Of a stretch of DNA of 64,000 nt, positions 12,701 to 24,661 are shown in pieces. Each line of letters opens with the position of its first letter. Position 1 is the first letter of the stretch. Made by a program: the position numbers and the translations under genes. The notes under the pieces were generated by a model, which searched no databases, was not told where the DNA came from, and worked only from the letters and a program-made list of their open reading frames with translations. The stretch is from Gracilinanus agilis (taxonomy: Eukaryota), in contig NC_058131.1 in the NCBI RefSeq assembly GCF_016433145.1, positions 369,946,454 through 370,010,453 on the forward strand. The letters run 5' to 3'.

Positions 12701-14329
12701 TTCCTTTCATCAAACTCCTATCAGCTGATTCTTTCCATTCCACCACATTGCCTCCCAGAGAATCCCCCAAACCAGCCAGAGTTGGGACTCTTCTGCTTCC
12801 ATGGTTCCACATTTCTTTCTTTTCCTTCCCCCCCCCCATTTTCTTTTGGTGGTGAAGGTAATTTTCTCCTAGTTCCCCTTTCCCTCAGCTTATTGTCAGT
12901 GACTGAATTTATCCCATTTCTAATTTCTTCTTTGTGCTACTGCTCCAAGGTACATACCTGAGAGGCTCTGGGATCAAGGCAACTTGGATTTTCTGCCCAC
13001 AATGAAGAAGAAAGTTTCAGGAGAGATGGAATGTGTAATATATATGGATGGATTCTAGGGAGTGGCAACTTCGTCTTACCTTGGGAGGTGCTGATCTTTG
13101 TCCTGCAGAGTAGGTACTCTAAGTTAACAATTACTGAGGCTGAGTATTGTACTCAGAATTTGAAAGTACTGGGAAATTCTAGAGTGGGGAGCTTTGAGTG
13201 CTGCTCCCCTGGGCTTCACAGCCTCCTGATTGGATAATATAGGGACTGCACCATTGACCTTATAAAAGCTAGGGGCAGAATTCTTTTTCTTTTTCTCTGT
13301 TGTCCCCATGTTTCCAGTCATACCAATTTCAACTTTGCATTTTGGGAATAGGAGAGGTTGGATGACATCTGGTTTATGGAACAGTATGTTGTGATTTTCC
13401 CAACCCTTTGAGAAGATAGCATGGGTTTTGCTTTTCTTTCACACAAAGGAGGCTCAGTGAGTGACTTGTTCAATGCTACATCAGAGACAAATTTGAGCCC
13501 TGGTCCTGACTTAACTCTATGTCCAGCCCTCACAATTTGACACTTCTTACCAGTAAGGTGCTTAGTGAACCTTAAAGTGCTATATAAAGTAAGCTACTAA
13601 TCCCATGTGTAATGGGAATTGGCATGTATGCAATAAACTTCCAACATTGTCTCCTTGAGTAGAGGTCTTGGAGAATTTGCTGCTGGGAGAGTTGTAATGA
13701 TGTGTAGCAAAAACCTCTAGGAGAGACCTGATTATGCATAGGAATTCTGTTACTGGTTCCAGTTGCTAACCATATGTTTAGATCAAGTCTTTCTGAATTA
13801 CTGTGTAGTCAGAAATAGGGATACCTTAGAAATGGCTCTAGTGACCAGAGCCTTAACTGATTATTTTTGCTTTTCAACTGCTTCTTCTTGGCTTAATGTA
13901 ATGCTGTAATTTGACAAAGGTGTCAAATATGCAGCCAGCTTACAAAGTGCACTAGAATATTTAATAAATAATGTTAATACATAGTTTTCTAAGTCAGTAT
14001 GCAGCCCATTGGGAGACATATATGATTTAGTGGCCTCTTTCCTATTTGTATTTGATGATTGTCCTAAGGAGAGTGACCTTGGACCTTCTCCCAGATGAGG
14101 CTGGGCTGATAGGTGGACAGCTCACTTGTCTCTGTACTGTGTTCTTTTCTATTTTAGGTAAAGGAATTTAAAACTCTAATCTTGTGAATTTTAAAGAATC
14201 AGGAGAACAGTACTTCAAGGTCTGGATTTATTTCCATTCCAGGACTGATATTTTGAGAAGCAAGTAGTGACCTTCAGGAATCACTTCTGAAATTGAACTG
14301 CAGGTCCAGTACTCTACTCACTGTATCAC

Positions 14330-14550
14330 ATAGACAGGGCACAGTAGGGAGAATACTGGACCAGGAGTAGGAAAGACCTGAGCAGGAATCTGGCCTCATT
14401 CTCTTATTAACTGTGTGACACTAGGCAAGTCACTTAACTTCTGCTTTGCCTTAGTTTCCTCATCTGTAAAATGGGAATAATAATAGCACTTACCTCACAG
14501 GGTTCTTGTGAGAATAAAATAAAATAGTATTTGTATAAACACTTGCTATT
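14330..14550 (+). mobile_element. MIR-type CORE-SINE
   Basis: ggcaagtcacttaacttct...cctcatctgtaaaatgggaataataatagcacttacctcacaggg. Confidence 0.75.
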
Positions 14551-14954
14551 ACAATTAGGAATGACCAGTGCAAGGATAGCTGAGATAAGAGGTTGCTTTT
14601 CAACACAAATTTGATAGGACTGAAGCTCTGTAGACTGTGCCAAATCTAAGCTCACTTCCCAGGGATTGAAGTGGGATAGGGGAAGACTGTGTCCCCAAGG
14701 TCTTTTGAAGAAATGTTTGTACCTTGGTTCTTGCTTTATCTTTGAAATAAATATCTCTTTGTAAAAGCTAATTGATGTTAAATGAGCAAACCGATAGGAT
14801 GCTAGTTACTGGCCCTTGAGTGGGAGAACACAGTCTGCTCAGGACCTCCCTAATTTCCCTTAAGGGGCAAGTGTCATCAGATTAATACTGGTATACTGGG
14901 CCACAGCACATTTGATGTATATATATCCATATAGACAGATATGTATGTATACAC

Positions 14955-15539
14955 TGTCAGCGTGGAATCTAGAAGCCCCCAGACTTGTAGCCTAGAAAGA
15001 TTTAATGTCCCCCAGTGAAAACCCCGGGTTAGACCTTGTCACAGGAGAGTTTTTCCCTGAGGGAAAGTCCAAATTCACTAGTCTTAGACTCACAATAGAC
15101 CTGAAAGTAGTTTAAGTGGGGAGGGCTAATCAGGCGTTAAGTAAGTTTCTCCCCTTAGACCAAAGCCTAGGTGGCCCAGCCCTGGGCCGAGTCTTTCCCT
15201 TTTGTGTCCATTGTAAAGCATCAGCCCCTCACAGTTATTCCTGTAGAGACTCCTCATTTTCCTTTGTTACCATTGTAAAGTCAATTAACTGTCCCTCTCA
15301 TCCCCAGTCCCCAAGTTCCCCTAGAAAGGTATTTAAACTTCCCATTTTAGAGTTGTCAATTTAGCTTGGTTGGCTCTCCCTGGGGTCAGTGACCAGAGCA
15401 ACCAGTTTCAAACCTTGGAACTCTGCGTGGGTGTGTAGCTCACAGCTCTGTGTGGAGGCCTAATTTAGCACTGAATCCCTTTCCTTAATTAAAGAGTGTT
15501 TTTTCTATTTAATAGTTCTGTGGTTTTTTCTAGTTAACA
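14955..15539 (+). mobile_element. Solo LTR (ERV1-like), copy 1, intergenic
   Basis: TG...CA ends, TATA-like TATTTAAA at 15330, ATTAAA at 15488. Colinear with the copy at 29426-30139. No TSD recognised. Confidence 0.85.
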
Positions 15540-16898
15540 TTATAAAGGAAGGAAAAAACATGATTTGTGGCTTGAATGAATGAGATTAAACTAGGGCAAT
15601 TCACTCCCTTCTTCCCCAATTCCTTTTATATCATTAATGACTCAATGAAAGCCAGCAAAACAAATTATGGGAAACTATCTTAGCAGCATCTTTTCTGCTG
15701 AACTGTTTTAAGTGATGATAAAAGTTATTCTTTTTAACTACTAAAGTCATTGCCACTTATCTCAACAATCAAAAAAGAAAAAAAATTCACACCAGGTAAA
15801 AATTACACCATTTTTTTGGTCTGAAGAGAAATAACAAGCATTTATTAGAGTCAGAATGCCATGGGATCACAAGTACTGCTTACACCCATCCAAATCTCAG
15901 AAGATCTGATTTTTCTCTATGTGCATACTCCTTCCAACAAAACAGACCAGGATTTTTCTAGAACTTAGCAAATAGTCTTCAGGAATTGCTGCAGCCAAAC
16001 TGGTGATAAACATCTTCCACTGAGGATGAGTGTGATATATAATTTCTGAGGCAAGAATCAATACTAACACAGCCATATTCTTGAGTTCCAAAAGTTGTTC
16101 TGCTCAGTAGCTAAAGATGTGAGGCAGAAACTGCTACCCCTCTTAGGAGATCAATTTCATTCATGGCACAGAGTATTCTAGAGGGATAGGCATACAAGAG
16201 TAGAGAATCTCTTTTGTTTTAAAAAAAAATGTCACGATACAAGCAACATTTTAGATATTTGAAGTTTACCAGAAGATTGTACCAGTAGCATTTCCCTTTT
16301 CTACTTCTTGTAGCTCTGGTCTTCTTGTCCCCAAAGAGGCTGTGTTACCTGGGGCTGAAAGCATGCACCATCTCTGATTTCTCAAATGCCAACACAGGGG
16401 CATTAAAAACTAACTTTATAAGGACTAAAATTGGAATGGAGATATATTCCAGGAGGATTGAGCAATGCTAGAAAAACTGAATATGAGATGAAGTATTTGG
16501 AAGAGCTGTGACAGATGGTGACCTAATAATGAATATTGATCTATTAAGTTTTTATTGAATGCTTGCTATGTTTCCATCTCTATGGTTGAACATTTGTGGA
16601 AGACATGAGAGAACTATAAGACATAGTCCTTTCCTCAAGGATCTTACAATCCAGTTTCAACAGTTACAGGAAATTTGGCCATTGTATATAACTTAATGTA
16701 GGAATCAAGACCATGAAGTCTTAGTTGAGGGCAGCTTGTTACAAAGGAAAGGAACTAGGTGAGACTCAAGGTTCACCTTCCAACTCTACAACTAATTAGT
16801 TTTATGACCTTAGGTAGGGAAAAGCAATCTGAAAGTAAAAGCTTCAGAAGTTAAACTGGGACTCAAGACCAGGGAATGGGATTTTCTTACCTCTAGAA

Positions 16899-17524
16899 CA
16901 ATGATGGTGAACCTTTTAGGGATGAAGTGCCAGCCCTTCTCCCATCCTGAGACCAAGTACCCCACCCTACCCCTCAGAGACTGAGTGCTGCACCTTCCTC
17001 TTCTCTAACCACCCCCCCTCCTGCCCCCTTACCCCAGACAAGGGAGGGAGGAAGTACTCTCATTAGGCTGCTGGGCAGGTGATGAGAGGTGAGTGTGGAG
17101 AGGGAGAGGAGAGTGGCCACAGTGCTCCACTCCCCACTGTGTATGTATGTATGTGCCTGGCTGTGAGCTATGCTGCCCTCTGCCCTCAGACCTAGCTCCT
17201 CCTGCCCCACCATGAGAATCACCTTTACCACAGACTCAAAAGGCTGCTGTCATACCCTTACTCAGCAGGTGAGCTGTAAACCCCGCCACCCCAAGTGCCT
17301 TGCCCCACACAGGTGAGAGAAGAACTCCCATTGGGCAGCTGGCCAGAGAGGTAGGGGAGAAGTGAGACATGTCCTCAGGCACATGGAGAGGAGGAGGTGA
17401 ACAGCTCCACTCTGAGTCCCTCAGGCTTTCTAGTAATGAATTCTAGTGGGCAACTGCAGGAATGCCCACAGAGAGGGCTTTGTGTGCCCTTTTCAGCACA
17501 TGTACCATAGGTTCACGACCACAG
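16899..17524. mobile_element. Non-autonomous hAT DNA transposon (OposCharlie1/OC1-like)
   Basis: 16-bp TIRs CAATGATGGTGAACCT / AGGTTCACGACCACAG (12/16 complementary). 8-bp TSD CTCTAGAA (16891-16898) / CTCTAGGA (17525-17532) with the central TA typical of Charlie elements. Family name from recall. Confidence 0.8.
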
Positions 17525-17968
17525 CTCTAGGATTACACAGCACCTACCATAAAATAATATGTACAGGAAACAATGAGTGCTCAGTGCCTCACTGAAATGA
17601 CCAGGGATGGCAGTCACCTCACTGTCTGAATTTGGGGGTGTGATTTTTCCTCTTCCCTGTAAGTTGGAAAAACAATTCGTACCTAAAGTGCTTGGATCTC
17701 TGTGGGGAAGAACTTATTTATTTATTTGCTAGGGGCAGGGATCAGCTATTTCAAGACTGTATGACAGCAACATCTTTGCCTCTATGGAGTATATTTAATT
17801 TATAAAGGGGATAAGAATAAAGGGGGGGGGGAGAAGTCCTATCAATATGGGAGAAAGAAATGGATGGGAACTGAGGTCAAAAATAATAACTTGATCTGAA
17901 TTAAGTGGGGCTAAGGGAGAGAAAGGGAAAGAGCCAAAAAAAAAAAAAGATTCATTTGGAAAGGCCAC

Positions 17969-17974
17969 TTTATT
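17969..17974 (-). terminator. Distal WWC1 polyadenylation signal AATAAA
   Basis: About 740 nt after the stop codon; followed on the minus strand by GTGGCCTTT and a U run (downstream element). Confidence 0.6.
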
Positions 17975-18329
17975 GATGAAGATAAAAATGAATGTAGTTC
18001 CCCAAGCCCTCCCCTCACCTTAGTGGCTTCACTGGGCATGAAACCAGCATGGGCAGGCCTCTTTGTCTCAAGTGTGGGCCAAGGTGCCCAGGTTAGGCCC
18101 TACCCACCCTTCTTTTTTCTCCTCATCATGCAGCCAAATGCAAACACGTCACAGCTCACGAAGATTCATTGACGGCACTTTAGAATCCCCAAAATGGCTC
18201 CCGTGCATTGTTATTTCTCTTCCCCCCACCCCCTTTTTTTACACATTGTACAAAATACATGACTAGGAAAAGTCAGCTGTGCTGATATCTGCAGGAGATC
18301 CTTTTAGGATTCCATATCCTCCAAATGTA

Positions 18330-18335
18330 TTTATT
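18330..18335 (-). terminator. Proximal WWC1 polyadenylation signal AATAAA
   Basis: About 380 nt after the stop codon, canonical hexamer. Confidence 0.45.
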
Positions 18336-18711
18336 GCAGTAAAACCTGTAAAAGGTAGAGCTGTACAAAAAAACAAAAACAAACAAAAAACACAACCTAG
18401 ACGATTTTAAGAGCAGCAACTCAACACTGCTTTAGTTCATTTAAATTTTCTTTCCCAAAAATACATTCCTAAATATACAAACTATACAATCTTGTCATTT
18501 TAATGCTGGTTTTTTATAATAACAATAGAACCAAAAGCTAAAAACAAAAAAACAAAACCAAAAAATCTGTTCATCTTCAAACTGGCAAGAGCTCTACTGT
18601 GCATGGGACTGGGTACCTTCATATAACACCACATAAATAACTCTAGCCACACCCAGCGGTTCACATTGTGGGTGCATGGCCAGTAGGACAAAGGAAATAC
18701 TTTTCTGGCGA

Positions 18712-18778
18712 TCAGACATCATCGGCAGAGAGGGTTGGGATGTTAATCCTGGGTCGGGTAAAAAATGCCATCTTCTCC
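18712..18778 (-). CDS. WWC1: KIBRA exon 23 (last coding exon; PDZ-binding motif ADDV)
   Basis: cctgtag|[25 protein letters not shown]. Confidence 0.97.
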
Positions 18779-19420
18779 CTACAGGGGATGTCATCAATGC
18801 TGGTTAGTGAAGAGGCCCCATTAGACTAAGTGCCCACCTCAGCTCCGGAGTCAATAGTGAAGGTCAGACAGCTCTAGAAAATGTTACTGAGGCAACATCC
18901 CTGTGTTCTCAAAGGAGAGCTCTGCTTACCCTGAGACAAAGACTGAGAGTTTGTGAAGCCAGAGGGGATCGGTGAGAATGAATCACCCCAAACTGTATTT
19001 ATCACTCTCAGCCTCTTCAGCCAATCCCCCATAATTACCAGTGATAGAAATGTAATAATAAAGGCTGGAGCAGGTGGTTCATTCATTAAACAAGAGCATC
19101 TGACAAATTAGGCAGCATTGTGCTGAGACCTGATAAAGTCAGCCAGGGGAAGAGTAAGCAAGGGCTCATACATCACTGGGGAAGACCTGGCAACAGGTAA
19201 TCATCTGGTATTGAGAGCTGGCTCGTACAGGAGGCCAGTGAAAGATAGTGAGACAGAGAAAATGGGGCAAGAAGGCGGACTCAGATTAAAGGAGAAAGAA
19301 GGGAAGGAAGGAGAGGGAAAATCAGAGGAAGACAGAAGAAAGAAGATGGGAACAAAAAAGAGAGATGAAGACAGAGAAATGGAGAGCCTGGGCCCTGAAG
19401 TAGAGTATTGTGGCTCCTAC

Positions 19421-19542
19421 CTGAACGACTGTACTTCTGGGGGCTCTTTACAACTCTGCCCCCGTAGCCGGTGGACATCCTTAGCTGCAGCTCTCATCAT
19501 CTTGTCAGCCTGTAACTCACCCTTGTGCTCAGCCTTCTCTGC
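19421..19542 (-). CDS. WWC1: KIBRA exon 22
   Basis: ccctgcag|[42 protein letters not shown]|gtagga; 122 nt. Confidence 0.95.
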
Positions 19543-20961
19543 CTGCAGGGCAAAGCAATTCCAACAGTTCAGTGAACTCTGGAGCTCCAAAATGCCTCTT
19601 GAGGTTGGTCAGTGAAAGAAGAGTTCATTTTAGTACAAAGTGATGAGCCTTCTGTGGTCAGAAGGGCCAGCTGTGATGGAAGAGGTTATTCTGAGCACTT
19701 CTCATGCTCCATAATGATTTATTTTGTGATGAATTTTGTTCAAAATAAAAATGAATAAGTTATCATAGCATTTCTACAAAATCCATGTTAGATCAGCAGG
19801 ACTTATCTAGGTCAATGAACTGATCTATCCCATCACAAAAAGAAATAAGACAAGAGATTGAGTGAAATGTTTAGGAAGGTGGGGAGAAGAAAATTCATAG
19901 AAATAGTAATTTTGGCCATGTGCATGTCCATGAAACAGAGGTACATCTTTGTCCTAACAATAGCAACAACTATGACTATTACTACTACTACCATATTGAT
20001 CATTACTATTACACCACATCATATTTATATGATACTTTTCACTGAATAAAATATTCTATTCTATAGTATGAGTATTATTAACATGGTGTTTTTCATTTCA
20101 TCTTTGAATCCACAGTGCTTAATACAATGCTTACCCATAAACACCTCATTAAGTAGATATTAAATGTTTGCTAAATTAAATTGAACCACCATTTTGTAGG
20201 TGAGGGAGTTGAGGTTTGGGAAAGGAGTGGCATTTTAGTATGGGATTTAAGCCTGGAGCTGCAAGCAGTGGAATTAGAGATGGTGGCTCTGGGTTCTGGT
20301 CTTGATTCTGCCCCTTTCAGCTATGTCACTGAATTGGGGCAAGTAACTTTTCTGAGTCATCTGATCTCTTCATCTATGGAACAGAGATAGTAATTGTGCT
20401 ATAGGGTTGTTGAGAGCATCAAATGAGATGATTTCTGTAAAATACTTTATAAACCCAAAAGCCCTTCTATGAACATATTCTTGCCTTCAGTTGTTGCTAT
20501 GGAAACTTGGTGAGACTGGGACTGTTAGTTTCCCTTAATGCAATGATAATAATAATAGCTTGCATCAATATAGTGCTTAAAGGTTTTCAAAACACTTTAC
20601 AAATATTTTCTCACTTGATCCTCATAACTGCCTTATGCTATGGGTGCTATTATTATCCTCATTTTGCAGAAGAGGAAACTAAGGTATATAGAGGTTAAGC
20701 AACTTGCCCAGGGTCACCCAGCCAGTAAGAATATGAGGCTAGATTTGAACTCAGAGCTACCTGACTCTAGGTCTATCTATTCATCATGCCACCTAGCTTC
20801 TAAGAATAGCCAGTCCCACAAGTTCCCATAGGTACTATATAGATATAAATAGTATTTAAATTATATAAATTATAGTACTATAATAATATAAATTAGTATT
20901 TAAAAACCTGAGTTATTGGCTTTTTAATCTAGTGTTCTTTCTACTATGCGGTCATACTTTT

Positions 20962-21205
20962 GGGCAGCTAGGTGGCACAGTGGATAGAGTACCTGGCCTG
21001 GAGTTAGGAAGATCTGAGTACACATCTAGCCTCAGATATTTACTAGCTGTGTGACCCTGGACAAGTCACTCAACCTTGCTTGCCTCAGTTTCCTCATCTG
21101 TAAAATGAGCTGGAGAAGGAAATGACAAATTACTACAGTATCTTTGCCAAGAAAACCCCAAATGGAGTTACAAAGAGTCAGACAAGACTGAAATGATAAC
21201 CACAA
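20962..21205 (+). mobile_element. Mar1 SINE
   Basis: gggcagctaggtggcacagtgg head, CORE, and RTE-like tail. Confidence 0.9.
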
Positions 21206-21450
21206 AATAGCTACGAGATTTATTTGCAAATGGTTTCCCCTATCTGGGCAGAAAACACCAAGTTTGCTTACTTTTCATTCTGTCTGATGACAGAGGGAAT
21301 CTCTCCTAGCTTTAGTTACCTTCCACCAAAGGCTTCTTTTATGGAATACAATGGTTTCATGATGAACATTCCCACTACAGAATTAATCATCCCTAAGGAT
21401 TTAATCTGTGATAACTTTAGACCAGAACTCCTCCAACCCTTATTGCTTAC

Positions 21451-21684
21451 CTTCTTTTCTACCATCCTCAGCAAGAGCCGGTAACGTTCATCATCTCGGA
21501 CCCACTGAGGCAGCTCCTTTTCCCCATGGCTCTTGGCTCTCTCCAGCTGTTCCTTCAGTTCCTTCAGCACTGAGATTTCTTGTGTCAGCTGATTATGCCA
21601 GGTCCTTGAGGCCTGCAGGTCTAACTCTAGGTCTAATGAGGTGCGAATTAGGCGCTCAGCTCTGAGGGATTTGACAGATGATGG
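21451..21684 (-). CDS. WWC1: KIBRA exon 21 (aPKC-binding region and coiled coil)
   Basis: ttacag|[78 protein letters not shown]|gtaagc; 234 nt. Confidence 0.97.
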
Positions 21685-22659
21685 CTGTAATAGAGGAGAT
21701 GGTTACTGTCACTTCTCAGAATTCTCTAGCCAAATTCATTTGAACAATCCACTTTGCTTCTATCATTCCCTTGATTTCAAAAGCTTCTTCTTTCCCATTC
21801 ACTAATTTACGTGACTCCTTCAAAACCAGGGCAAAAACCCACCTTTGCCAGGAAGTCCTCCCTGATTAATCTTAGCCAGTGTTGACTGCTCCTCTCTCTT
21901 AAGTCCCCTTGTCATCTGTATGGCTGTTTTGCATCAGATTTATTTATGAATAAACTAAAGAGAGCTTTATGATTTTTTTCTACCCCCAACTAGATTTCAT
22001 ATTTCTTTATGGCAGAGATTAGGGCTGGAAGTGAGCTCAAAGATTCTATAGTCCAACCCCTTCCTTTTATAGATGAGGAAACTGTACCTGGAGAAGTTAT
22101 GTGACCAGGATCATATGCTCTGTGTTGTGAGTCAAGTTCTCAGAGGAAGAAGACCTAGCACCTTTCACATTTGAACAGAGCCAAATATTAGAATTAGGGT
22201 CTAGCCAAGTTCGAGTTAAGGACAGTGCTGCTGTCACAGATGCTAAAGCCCAAACACCTGCATGTCTCCTGGCAGCTCAGGGATTGGACAGTGCAGGCTC
22301 TGCTTCGACAAGATCTTTTTTTCTCAGCATCCCAGTTATTATTGTCCTTGGAAAAGCTGGGTTGGACATCTGCTCCCAAGTGCTATGTAAATGTATAAAA
22401 GGCTTAACCTTTCTGGATAAGTACAATGAATGTCATGCCACCCTTCCTCCTCCTGACTTACATGTTACCTCTTCCCCTTCATGCTCCATGAGCAGAGGAA
22501 ATAATTTAGAAGAAGAAGGAAAGAAAGAAGAATGAGGAGCTTCTCTGGAAATGTAATATCTTGTCTAGAACTGGGCCAACAGCTTCCTTGGACTTATGAC
22601 ACTGCTGGCCACCTGAACCCATTTATGAATTCAGTTAACTTGAAGTCATTTTGTATTTG

Positions 22660-22880
22660 TGTGTCTCTATCTTTTATCTCCATATTTTTAGTTCTATTAC
22701 CTCTATCTTCTCTCTCTTTATGTCTCTATTTGTATATTCCTTTCTTTACCTTTCTCTAAAACTATATCTGTATTTTTCTTTACATCTAGAACTACAGTTA
22801 TATCTTAGCTACATCTATATCTTCATCATTATTTACATCTGTATCTACCTATAAATTTGTCTGTTGGTGTATGTATATAT
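22660..22880. repeat. Degenerate (TCTA/TATA)-type simple repeat
   Basis: Recurring atct/tata units. Confidence 0.6.
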
Positions 22881-23099
22881 TCACAGAGAGTGCCTAGAGA
22901 GACTATTAGCATCCCAGAACCAGTTAGTCGATTCATGCACCATAGTCCCTTCAAAGATATTTTCATTACACATCATCACAACTCTCCAAGAAGCAAGGGA
23001 ATGTTGTCAGAGGTACTCTGTGCCAATACTTGTAACTATATATGCATATCACTATAGTTAGCACAGTGCCTAGTGCATAGTGGATTGTTTATTTATTTT

Positions 23100-23317
23100 T
23101 AAAAATAATTTTCTAACACTTACCCCTTCTGTCTTAGAATCAATACTAAGCATTGGTTCCAAGGAATTCAAGAACAGTAAGGACGTGGCAATTGGGGTTA
23201 AGTGACTTGCTGAGGGTCATAGAACTAGGAAGTATCTGGGGTCATATTTGAACCCAGGACTTTCTGTCACTAGGTCTGGCTCTCAATCAGGTGTCCACTG
23301 AGATACCCAGCTGCCCC
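23100..23317 (-). mobile_element. SINE1_Mdo-like SINE
   Basis: Reverse complement of the head (...ccactgagatacccagctgcccc) and tail. Confidence 0.85.
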
Positions 23318-24025
23318 TCATAGGAGATGTTTTTAAAATGTTAGCCCCATCTTTGTCCAGATCCTTCCTTCTTATGTCATTCTAAATCAGACATCTATGT
23401 AGTGTTTCTTGCCTTTACAAACAACTTTCTTATCTGGTACAGATGACTCTTAAGGAATGAGAATGGTTCTTTGCTTCCTAGTTCTGACTGGCCATTTTTC
23501 AGGAAGGAATCTCCATCTCTTGCTGGGACTGCTTGTTAGCTTTCAATGTCAATTTCTAGCTGATTTGCAAAAATCCCTTTTGCACTTCACTGCTTTTGAG
23601 AGGCTTTTGGAAGCTCATGGTCCTTATTTCAGCAGAAGGCAATCAGAAGCTTTAATTGGTCAGTCACTTGGATAGCATTTGCTCAGCACAGAGCCTGATG
23701 CATGAGGCTGAAGAGTGTAAGACTGGGGAGAGTTTACCAAATAAATAAGCCCTTGAAGGAACTTCATTTCTAATCAGATGTTGATGCTTTTGTCAAGCAA
23801 AGTTAAGTATGCCAACTCCTAATGTATATGCAGCTTCCTTTCCCCTGCTCAGGCTTGCCCTTTTCAAGACTTCAATCCTTTATAGCAAAACAGGTAAAGA
23901 TAAAATCCACTTGGTCATACAACATTATTGACTGCTTGTCAAGGGTATTTTCATGTGAAGGCAGAGGATAGTGGTGAGGGAGAGAAGATCCTGGAACACA
24001 GAATGGGTTCAAAGAAAATTCTTAC

Positions 24026-24118
24026 CCTCTTCATTCGGACACTTCTTCTCTCCAGGGAATTTCGAACAAAAGGTGGCTTTTTGGATAGGGTTGAGCTATC
24101 GCTATCACTTCGATTCAA
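24026..24118 (-). CDS. WWC1: KIBRA exon 20
   Basis: tttcag|[31 protein letters not shown]|gtaaga; 93 nt, identical to the recalled human peptide. Confidence 0.98.
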
Positions 24119-24496
24119 CTGAAAGAGAAATGTCAACACAAAGTAAATGTAGAGCTGTTCTTGTTAGTCCTAAAATCTATTCTGTGAACAAAGACTGGGG
24201 CTTAGAGATTGAGAAGAGACTTGAATACTAGTCTAAGAAGTTTAGATATCATCTTACAGACAACAGGGAACCATTGAAGTTTTTTTTGACTAAGAAGTTA
24301 CATGATGAAAGCAATGTTTTAAGAAGATTAATCTGGAAGTAGTATTTAGCCTGGGATACAGGGAGAAAGATTCAGGCAATTTGGGACAGAATTACAATAG
24401 TCTAGGCCTGAAATAATTAAACTGAAGTAGTGGCAGTGAGAATACAGATAGAAAAGATATTAGAAATAAAAGAATGGGCTCCCCATCATTACTTAC

Positions 24497-24661
24497 TCTG
24501 CACACATATTGACTCTGAGGCCCAGGAGAGAAGGTCTTAGAGCGAATGATGGTACTTCCTCGGACAAAGGGAGTAGGAGGTGGGTTGCCCATTCTTCGAT
24601 CTTTGGGTCGCACCACAGTAGGTGATGGTGACAGGCTCTCTGTATTGGTTTCTTTGTCCAC
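24497..24661 (-). CDS. WWC1: KIBRA exon 19 (LC8-type KETNTE motif)
   Basis: ttcag|[55 protein letters not shown]|gtaagt; 165 nt. Confidence 0.97.

Larger units (their letters stand above)
17950..18711 (-). other. WWC1: WWC1 3'UTR (inferred)
   Basis: Repeat-free U-rich sequence between the TGA and the AATAAA signals; the end is inferred. Confidence 0.65.

Noticed and set aside
19211-19615. 134-aa plus-strand ORF
   Set aside because: A purine-rich simple tract plus the antisense of WWC1 exon 22.
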